The notes beneath the pieces were generated by a model. The model did no database searches and had not been told where the DNA came from. It saw only the letters and a program-made list of their open reading frames with translations. Below are positions 1-5,934 of a DNA stretch of 37,318 bases, piece after piece (position 1 is the stretch's first letter; each line of letters opens with the position of its first letter). Source of the DNA: a virus. The position numbers and the translations under genes are program-made. The stretch covers positions 1-37,318 of IMG/VR virus record IMGVR_UViG_3300028584_000261; one strand, 5' to 3'.

Positions 1-37
1 GTATATAAGGCGCATAGGGTGCATACACCTTTGCACA
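1..37. repeat. Left terminal inverted repeat (telL half of the protelomerase target palindrome)
   Basis: GTATATAAGGCGCATAGGGTGCATACACCTTTGCACA is the exact reverse complement of 37282-37318. Confidence 0.9.
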
Positions 38-106
38 CGTGTGTAGGGGTGTATATTGCGCCATGCGCTAGGGTGTATGCTTATAGTGCGCATACACCTT
101 TGCACA
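21..106. repeat. Subtelomeric repeat cluster (17-mer GCATACACCTTTGCACA x2; CATACACC/GGTGTATG octamers)
   Basis: Identical 17-mer at 21-37 and 90-106. Octamer copies at 22-29(+), 48-55(-, variant), 72-79(-) and 91-98(+). Confidence 0.8.
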
Positions 107-336
107 TTGGTCACAGTGCCAGGCATAGCGCTCGGTCTTGACTGGATGGATCAGGATTCGCCAAGGACGAGAAGCCACTCGGATGGCTTTGACAGGACAT
201 ACCCTAAAAGGACTCAGCGCTTCGCGCTGGCGCTTATGGCGCGGGAAACCCGCGCCGTTGGCGGGCTCCAGCCTGCGGAGAAGGGACGAGCCAATACAGG
301 CGGACAAGGTAGGCGCTAGCGCGCCGCTTGTTTATG

Positions 337-390
337 ATCTTTTGCGCAAATGCTCTATTGATCTTTTGTTCTTTTGTTCCTATTCTTGCA
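337..390 (+). promoter_or_regulatory. AT-rich repeat island A: candidate parA promoter plus partition-site/operator array
   Basis: CTTTTGCGC 339-347, CTATTGATC 354-362, CTTTTGTTC 363-371 and 371-379 (8-bp phase). Possible -35 TTGATC 358-363 and -10 TATTCT 381-386 (17-nt spacer) with the repeats inside the spacer. Confidence 0.45.
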
Positions 391-427
391 CTCGTTGACC
401 GACAAACCCACCACCAGGAATCCAGCC

Positions 428-1075
428 ATGCCGAAAATAATCTCGGTGCTCAACCAAAAGGGCGGCACCACAAAGACAACCACGTCCACCAACCTCGCCG
501 CGTGCATCGCAGCGCGTGGCCATAGCGTGCTGATCGTAGACCTCAACAGCGACCAGGGCTCGGCGACCGACTGGGCCGCTGCCCAGGACGGCAACGACGT
601 CGCCTGGCACGTGCCGGTTATCTCCATGGGCAAGCAACTGGCGCGCGATCTGCCGCGCGTGGCGGGCGCCTATGAGTTCGTGGTCATCGACGGGATCCCG
701 CAGGTCAGCGAGCTAACGTCGGCAGCGATCAAGGTCGCCGACCTGGTGCTGATCCCCGTACAGCCGAGTCAGTACGACATTTGGGCGTGTGGCGACCTGG
801 TGCAGCTCGTGAAAGACCGGCAGGAGCTGGCCGACGGCAAGCCACGCGCCGCAATGCTGGTGGCTCGAGCAATCCAGGGCACGCGCCTGGCTCGTGAAGT
901 CGAGAGCGCCCTGCAGGGCCTAGAGCTGCCCATCCTCGAGGCGCGCACGCACCAGCGCGTCGCCTACGTTGACGGCGTGCCGAAGGGCCGGAGCGTGATG
1001 GATCTGCGACCCACCGACGAGGCGCGGGTCGAGATCGAAGCACTGACCACCGAAGTTCTGGAGATTCTGCAATGA
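428..1075 (+). CDS. parA: Partition ATPase ParA (small, type Ib-like, 215 aa)
   Basis: Deviant Walker A in KIISVLNQKGGTTKTTTSTNLA. The ORF track start at 374 is probably too early; MPKII at 428 gives the canonical ParA N-terminus. Stop overlaps the next ATG (ATGA). Confidence 0.9.
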   Translation: MPKIISVLNQKGGTTKTTTSTNLAACIAARGHSVLIVDLNSDQGSATDWAAAQDGNDVAWHVPVISMGKQLARDLPRVAGAYEFVVIDGIPQVSELTSAAIKVADLVLIPVQPSQYDIWACGDLVQLVKDRQELADGKPRAAMLVARAIQGTRLAREVESALQGLELPILEARTHQRVAYVDGVPKGRSVMDLRPTDEARVEIEALTTEVLEILQ

Positions 1076-1368
1076 GCCTGAGCACCCAACGCCCCAGCCA
1101 GCGCGGCGCAGCGCCGGCCACGCCCGCGCACGTCGAGAAGGCGCGCGCAGCAGTGACCAACGACCCGACCGAGAAGAAAATCCCGCTGCTGGCGCCGAAG
1201 CGCTATCACCAGGGATTGCAGGAAATTAAGGGCATGAGCGAGACGCCGGTAAAGCATCTGCTGCTCGAGGCGATCGACGACCTGTTCGAGAAGTACAAGC
1301 GCGGCGAGGGGCGGTTCGACGTCGGCAATGTCGCCGAGCTGAAACGGCGCCTGGACGCCTTGAACTGA
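1072..1368 (+). CDS. Putative centromere-binding partner of ParA (ribbon-helix-helix, ParG/omega-like), 98 aa
   Basis: Translationally coupled to parA. Disordered basic N-terminus, then a beta-strand/helix-helix pattern KKIPLLAPKRYHQGLQEIKGMSETPVKHLLLEAIDDLFEKY. Size and position are typical of type Ib ParB analogues. Confidence 0.5.
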   Translation: MSLSTQRPSQRGAAPATPAHVEKARAAVTNDPTEKKIPLLAPKRYHQGLQEIKGMSETPVKHLLLEAIDDLFEKYKRGEGRFDVGNVAELKRRLDALN

Positions 1369-1441
1369 GAGAGGCGCCCGGCCAGCGGCGGCAACCGCTG
1401 ACCAGGCAGACACAAGCAAAAACCCTGAGAGGATCTAACCC

Positions 1442-1594
1442 ATGTCAGCGAACGACTATACCACTGCGTCAAACCTACCGCTCGCCCGCATCGCCGGCCC
1501 CAAGGCTCGCGCCCTGGCCTGCGCATTCATCCTGCAGCACATGCCCGCCCGCCTGCGCGTCGACGCCCTGGCCGCTATCGCGAGGGCCGCATAA
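1442..1594 (+). CDS. Small hypothetical protein (50 aa; below the ORF-track cutoff)
   Basis: ATG 1442 preceded by GAGAGGA. High G/C at third positions. TAATG coupling to the next ORF. Confidence 0.4.
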   Translation: MSANDYTTASNLPLARIAGPKARALACAFILQHMPARLRVDALAAIARAA

Positions 1595-2001
1595 TGACGA
1601 CCAACCAAGCCCACGCGCTCGAGGCCGCTGCCCAGCGCATTGCCGCCGCCATGCGACGCGACTATCGCACCGTTCGCATGCTCGACCACTACCTCGGCCA
1701 GGTGCGCAAGCCAGACCCGAAAATCATCGAGATCGTGACGGCGGCCGACGAGATCGTTCGTCCGCTCCTGGACGCCATCACCGGCGCCGAGGACGAGAAG
1801 GCGCTGCTGCAGCACCGCGTTCGCACCTGCCAGACCGAATGCATCGAGCTCGCCGACTACGTCCGCGCGCTGCCCGGGCGCCTGCCCGCGCATATCGATG
1901 GCCAGGTCGACGGCGTACCCTTCCGCACCTGGCTCGAGGCCGAGGTCACGAGCGCCCCGGTGCCGAGCTACGCGCGCCCTGGACGGGAGCCCAAAGCATG
2001 A
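1594..2001 (+). CDS. Hypothetical protein (135 aa)
   Basis: ORF with GC3 bias, coupled to both flanking ORFs (TAATG upstream, ATGA downstream). No recognisable motif. Confidence 0.6.
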   Translation: MTTNQAHALEAAAQRIAAAMRRDYRTVRMLDHYLGQVRKPDPKIIEIVTAADEIVRPLLDAITGAEDEKALLQHRVRTCQTECIELADYVRALPGRLPAHIDGQVDGVPFRTWLEAEVTSAPVPSYARPGREPKA

Positions 2002-2153
2002 GCCGCCGCAGCAGTTCCAGCTCGCTCGAGATCCTGCTCGGCCTTCTCGGGGGCGCCCTGGTGGCGATCGGGGCTTTCATCTGGCGCGTTTACACCGCGA
2101 AGCCTAACTATCCGCAAGCGCAAGGGAATGACGACCATGACAACCGCGATTGA
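1998..2153 (+). CDS. Small single-pass membrane protein (51 aa)
   Basis: ATGA overlap with the preceding stop. Hydrophobic helix LEILLGLLGGALVAIGAFIW. G/C-ending codons. Confidence 0.45.
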   Translation: MSRRSSSSSLEILLGLLGGALVAIGAFIWRVYTAKPNYPQAQGNDDHDNRD

Positions 2154-3060
2154 TCTTTTCGCCGGCCTCGGCGGCTGGTCGACCGGCGCGCGCATGGCGG
2201 GCGTCGACGTCCTATGGGCGGCAAACCACTGGCCGGACGCTGTGCAGTGGCACAGTGAGAACCACCCCGGGGCGATTCACGTCTGCCAGGACTTGCACCA
2301 GGCCAACTGGTCGCAGGTTCCGGCGCATGATCTGCTCCTCGCCTCGCCCTGCTGCCAGGGCCACAGCCGCGCGCGGGGAAAGAGCTCCGGCAATCCGCAA
2401 CACGACTCCTCGAGGTCGACGGCGTGGGCGGTCGTTTCGGCGATCGAGTTCCACCGGCCGGAGGCCGCACTCGTCGAGAACGTGCGCGAATTCCTGAACT
2501 GGGCGCTATACCCTGCCTGGACGGTCGCCCTCGAGGCGCTCGGCTACTCGATCTCGCCGCACCTGGTCGACTGCGCCGACCTCGGCGTGCCGCAGAACCG
2601 CGAGCGCCTGTTCCTGGTACTGACGCGCAGCCGCGCGCCCCTGCGCCTGCAGCTCCCGCGCCTCGAGCACGTTCCGGCGACTGCCTTCCTCGACTTCACC
2701 GCCGGCAACTGGTCGCAGATCCACAAGCCCGGGCGCTCCCCGGCCACCCTGCGCCGCGTCGCCAACGGTCGCCAGGCCTTCGGCGATCGATTCGTCATGC
2801 CGTATTACGGTAAGGGCTCAGGCACCACCGGGCGAAGCCTCGAGCGCCCGATCGGCACGCTGACCACCCGCGACCGCTGGGCACTGGTCGACGGCGAACG
2901 CATGCGAATGCTGACCGCCGACGAGGTGTTGCTCGGGCAGTCGTTCCCGGCCGGTACCAAGCGACCACCGCAACACGCCCTAACCGTACACCTGGCCGGC
3001 AATGCCGTGCCGCCCAAAGCGGGCGCGGCTGTCATCCGCGCCCTACAAGCCGCAGCCTGA
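2128..3060 (+). CDS. DNA (cytosine-5)-methyltransferase, orphan
   Basis: Motif I DLFAGLGG, motif IV SPCCQGHS (catalytic Cys), motif VI ENV, motif VIII QNRERLF, motif X GNAVPP. No adjacent endonuclease-like ORF. The start could be 2128 or 2137. Confidence 0.9.
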   Translation: MTTMTTAIDLFAGLGGWSTGARMAGVDVLWAANHWPDAVQWHSENHPGAIHVCQDLHQANWSQVPAHDLLLASPCCQGHSRARGKSSGNPQHDSSRSTAWAVVSAIEFHRPEAALVENVREFLNWALYPAWTVALEALGYSISPHLVDCADLGVPQNRERLFLVLTRSRAPLRLQLPRLEHVPATAFLDFTAGNWSQIHKPGRSPATLRRVANGRQAFGDRFVMPYYGKGSGTTGRSLERPIGTLTTRDRWALVDGERMRMLTADEVLLGQSFPAGTKRPPQHALTVHLAGNAVPPKAGAAVIRALQAAA

Positions 3061-3075
3061 TAGGAGCCCCAAACC

Positions 3076-3432
3076 ATGAAACTGACCAACAACCAGCAGC
3101 GCGTTTTGGATGAGCTAAGGCGAGTAGGCCGCGAGAACGCTTTCCGATATCGCGAGAGAGAGCCGTACCTGCACAAAAAAGACCTCGAGCGCCTCAGCCG
3201 GGGCGACCAGGTTTGCGCCTTCGGAATGGGCGGCCTGACTTACCAAGTAGGACACGCCGTCGGCATGAAACCTGGCGCGGTTCTCAGCATATTCAAGGCA
3301 CTGGAAGGCAAAGGCCTGGTACTGCGCGAAGACCGAAACCCGGAGTACCAGCGGCCGCTTTACTGGTGGCCGGTCGGCCTGGCCGACGAGCTGCAGGCGG
3401 AACTTTCACCAACCGAAGCCGAGCAGGAGTAA
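3076..3432 (+). CDS. Hypothetical protein, possible winged-helix DNA-binding domain (118 aa)
   Basis: ORF with GC3 bias. A C-terminal segment, GAVLSIFKALEGKGLVLRE, resembles a MarR-type wHTH recognition helix and wing. Confidence 0.55.
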   Translation: MKLTNNQQRVLDELRRVGRENAFRYREREPYLHKKDLERLSRGDQVCAFGMGGLTYQVGHAVGMKPGAVLSIFKALEGKGLVLREDRNPEYQRPLYWWPVGLADELQAELSPTEAEQE

Positions 3433-3437
3433 AGGCC

Positions 3438-3578
3438 ATGCATGACCCCGAACCGTTTTACGCCGACTGCCCGCACTGCGACCGCCACGAGTTCCGCGAC
3501 GAGGACGACTGGTTCGAACACGTCAGCATGTGCGAATGGGAACAGGAGCAGGACCGCCTTCGAGACGAGGAGGAGTAA
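3438..3578 (+). CDS. Small acidic zinc-finger-like peptide (46 aa)
   Basis: AGGAG 8 nt upstream of the ATG. CPHC...H...C spacing (CPHCDRHEFRDEDDWFEHVSMC). G/C-ending codons. Followed by a terminator. Confidence 0.5.
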   Translation: MHDPEPFYADCPHCDRHEFRDEDDWFEHVSMCEWEQEQDRLRDEEE

Positions 3579-3605
3579 CCCGCGCCGGATGTCACCACAA
3601 CCACA

Positions 3606-3632
3606 AGCCCGCCACTCGGCGGGCTTTTTGTT
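3606..3632 (+). terminator. Rho-independent terminator
   Basis: AGCCCGCC-ACTC-GGCGGGCT stem-loop followed by TTTTTGTT. Confidence 0.75.
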
Positions 3633-3666
3633 ACCCTGCGCCCGCCAACTTAGGAGGGGCTGCAGG

Positions 3667-4023
3667 ATGAAAAAAGCAGTAATCGGGGGCGCGATCGCGC
3701 TCGGCATACTCGTCGCGCTGGTGATGGATCTGCGCGGAAAGGAAACGCGCGGCCTGGCCAACGCCCACCGCGCGGCAGGCTTCGAGCCGAGTTGCGAGAC
3801 GATCGAGGACAGCGGCAACACGTGGGCCGTCTGCGAATACGCCGGGGCGCCGAGCGCCTGGGTCCAGGTCGGCGCCGATTGGGCGACGGCCAACGGCAAG
3901 GCCCGGCAGGTCGTCGATCGCCTCGAGCAGAAAGGACCAGGGCCTTACCAGGATCTGCCGCGCCTGGTCGTCGGCAATGGCTCGCCATCGATGCCGGCGA
4001 CCGTGCTCGAGCGCCTGCAGTAG
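3667..4023 (+). CDS. Membrane-anchored or exported hypothetical protein (118 aa)
   Basis: AGGAGGGG RBS. N-terminus MKKAVIGGAIALGILVALVM (signal anchor). Bracketed by terminators on both sides. Confidence 0.6.
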   Translation: MKKAVIGGAIALGILVALVMDLRGKETRGLANAHRAAGFEPSCETIEDSGNTWAVCEYAGAPSAWVQVGADWATANGKARQVVDRLEQKGPGPYQDLPRLVVGNGSPSMPATVLERLQ

Positions 4024-4036
4024 GGCCAGAAACGAC

Positions 4037-4073
4037 AAAAGCCCCCACCGCCGCGAGGCAGTGGGGGCTTTTT
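4037..4073 (+). terminator. Bidirectional rho-independent terminator
   Basis: AAAA-GCCCCCAC...GTGGGGGC-TTTTT. Confidence 0.75.
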
Positions 4074-4082
4074 CATGGACAC

Positions 4083-4115
4083 AAAAAAACGCCCCACAGC
4101 CGAAGCCATGGGGCG
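4083..4115 (-). terminator. Terminator of the late (tail) operon
   Basis: On the minus strand, GCCCCATGGCTTCGGCTGTGGGGCG is followed by TTTTTTT, 5 nt after the gpD-like stop. Confidence 0.75.
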
Positions 4116-4119
4116 CGCG

Positions 4120-5139
4120 TCACTCCTGTTTTCCGTCCGGATAACTCGCCTCGATCGTGCAGCGGTAGCTTTGCTGCCTGGATCCGCTCGAGGTCACCTT
4201 ATCGATCGACCAGTCGCCACGCATGAACGATGGCCACGTCGCATCGAGCTCGACCAGGCCCTCGGCGCCGAACGCCGGATTGCCAGGGCAGTCGATCCGG
4301 AGCTTTGTTTCCTGGCGCTTGGCCTTGCGCAGCTCACCCTCGCCGGCCGCCTTAGCCTCGTCCGCGTCCTGGTAGCGCTGGCGCACCTTGCGGAACGGCT
4401 CGCTGCCCGTCTCGACAAGGATCTCCTTTCCGCTGCCGCCGTCCCACCAGGCCGTTTTAACGCCCTTGACGCGGATCCGCGCATCGCTGTCGATGCTGGC
4501 CGCGATGAACGCTTTGCTGCCTGGCCGGTTGTCCTGCGTCACCGACAGCGTGACCTTCGGCATCGGCTTGCCACTCAGCGTCTTGAGCTGCCCGCGACGA
4601 GCCAGCACATACAGATCATTGACCGGCTTCGCGACCGCATCGAAGCGCTTGGCCAGGCGCGTCAGGAACGACGCGTCGGTCTCGTTCGACTGGTCGACAT
4701 GGGCGATCGCGATCGCCTCGAGGTCGGCCGCAACGCGGGGCGTAAACCCATGCCGGCCGACCACGCGGCGGAACACTTGGCCGAGCGTGGTCATGGCGTA
4801 GGTTTCGGAGCGCCTGGCCTTGAAGCCGGTCGGATCCGTGACCTTGAACGGCGCCGCCGTGGCGACGATCAGCATCAGCGCCGGGAATAGCTGCGGCGTC
4901 ACGCGCGTGACCGTGAACTCGCCTTTATCGACGAGCCCGGTCTCCTGGTAGCCCACGCGTAAACCGATCTTACTGTCGAAACTCGGCAGGCCGTCCAGGC
5001 CCTCGATGTTGACCGTCAATTTCAGTTGATCCGACTCGATGCCGGCGGCGTCGACGTGCTCCCAATCCACGAGCCGCGCGTTGATCAGCGCCGCGTTCGC
5101 GCCGTAGACCTCGACGGCCGGGGTATATCCGATTTCCAT
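4120..5139 (-). CDS. Tail protein, P2 gpD-like (late control D family)
   Basis: Last gene of the tail cluster after U and X. Family-typical N-terminus EVYGANAALINARLVDWEHVDAAGIESDQLKLTV. Start set at MEIGY (5139), which forms an ATGA overlap with the upstream ORF. Confidence 0.8.
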   Translation of the reverse strand: MEIGYTPAVEVYGANAALINARLVDWEHVDAAGIESDQLKLTVNIEGLDGLPSFDSKIGLRVGYQETGLVDKGEFTVTRVTPQLFPALMLIVATAAPFKVTDPTGFKARRSETYAMTTLGQVFRRVVGRHGFTPRVAADLEAIAIAHVDQSNETDASFLTRLAKRFDAVAKPVNDLYVLARRGQLKTLSGKPMPKVTLSVTQDNRPGSKAFIAASIDSDARIRVKGVKTAWWDGGSGKEILVETGSEPFRKVRQRYQDADEAKAAGEGELRKAKRQETKLRIDCPGNPAFGAEGLVELDATWPSFMRGDWSIDKVTSSGSRQQSYRCTIEASYPDGKQE

Positions 5140-5336
5140 CACTCGCCACCACCTTCGAGATCCTCGGGATACGCCCAAGCGCCGTCAGGCGAGACGAGGG
5201 CGCCCGGAGAACTCCCGGATTCCACGTCGCGCGCGACCGCATAGCCCAGCGGGTGCAGGATCTCGCGATTGATTCGCTCGAGCAGACCGAGGCGCGAGAG
5301 CTCGTTCCAGTCGATCCACTTCGGTTTATCCACCAT
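5139..5336 (-). CDS. Hypothetical protein (65 aa) between tail X and gpD-like
   Basis: Coupled ORF with GC3 bias. No recognisable motif. Confidence 0.5.
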   Translation of the reverse strand: MVDKPKWIDWNELSRLGLLERINREILHPLGYAVARDVESGSSPGALVSPDGAWAYPEDLEGGGE

Positions 5337-5345
5337 GACTCCCCC

Positions 5346-5558
5346 TTAGTCCCAGGCCGTCAGCGGCGCCGACTGCGCGGGCGCGTTGGCCAGCTCAGGA
5401 AGCGCGACCCGCACGCCGGCCGGCAATACGGTGCCGTATTCCGCGAGTTCAGGATTGACCAGCCAAAAGGCCTCCTCGGCCGCGTCATCCGACCGGCCGA
5501 GCTCGCGATATAGCAGCGTGTTCGCCGTATCACCGGCGATCGTTCTGACCTTACGCAT
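5346..5558 (-). CDS. Tail protein X (P2 gpX-like)
   Basis: 70 aa. Pattern GDT..LLYRELGR....EAFWLVNPELAEYGTVLPAGVRVALP matches P2 gpX as recalled. Confidence 0.8.
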   Translation of the reverse strand: MRKVRTIAGDTANTLLYRELGRSDDAAEEAFWLVNPELAEYGTVLPAGVRVALPELANAPAQSAPLTAWD

Positions 5559-5934
5559 TGACGAATTCCGATAGCTCTAGCGTCCAGTTCAAAAGCGAGG
5601 CGGTGCCGTCATCGATGACGCGCTCCTGATCCTCGCTTACCCCGTCGATTCGCCAGCGCCCCCAGTTGCGACCGAGGCCATCCACTAGTGTGAACGGCGC
5701 CCTACTGTTCGCCATAGCGCGCAGCTCGTCGACCTTGGCCATCCCTGCGCCCCACTGTGCTTTCCCGCTCAGGCGCAAGGTTTCGAGCCCCTGGCCGGTG
5801 TTATGCGATAGGGGCTTGCTGCTGATAATGTCCAGATCGACCCAACCGCCCGTTGTCTTGCGTGCAAGGCGGTCGTAGGGAAAGCCAGTGGCGAGCCCGA
5901 ACACGAACTCGCCGAGTGCCAATTGCTGCGGCAT
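5551..5934 (-). CDS. Tail protein, P2 gpU-like
   Basis: 127 aa. N-terminus LGEFVFGL...PYD.L.R and its position right after the tape measure. Confidence 0.8.
   Translation of the reverse strand: MPQQLALGEFVFGLATGFPYDRLARKTTGGWVDLDIISSKPLSHNTGQGLETLRLSGKAQWGAGMAKVDELRAMANSRAPFTLVDGLGRNWGRWRIDGVSEDQERVIDDGTASLLNWTLELSEFVNA

Noticed and set aside
368-379. GTTC-TTTT-GTTC read as an alphaproteobacterial LexA box (GTTC-N7-GTTC)
   Set aside because: The spacing is N4, not N7. The same unit is part of an 8-bp-phased CTTTTGNNC array, and the phage's proteins (lambda CI/Nu1/Rz1-like) point to a gamma/beta-proteobacterial host.
56-398. Tracked ORFs 56-319(+), 68-307(-), 138-398(+), 328-525(+) in the left subtelomeric region
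   Set aside because: They start inside the telomere repeats, have no Shine-Dalgarno and poor codon bias, and overlap each other. The region is better explained as non-coding tel/par control DNA.
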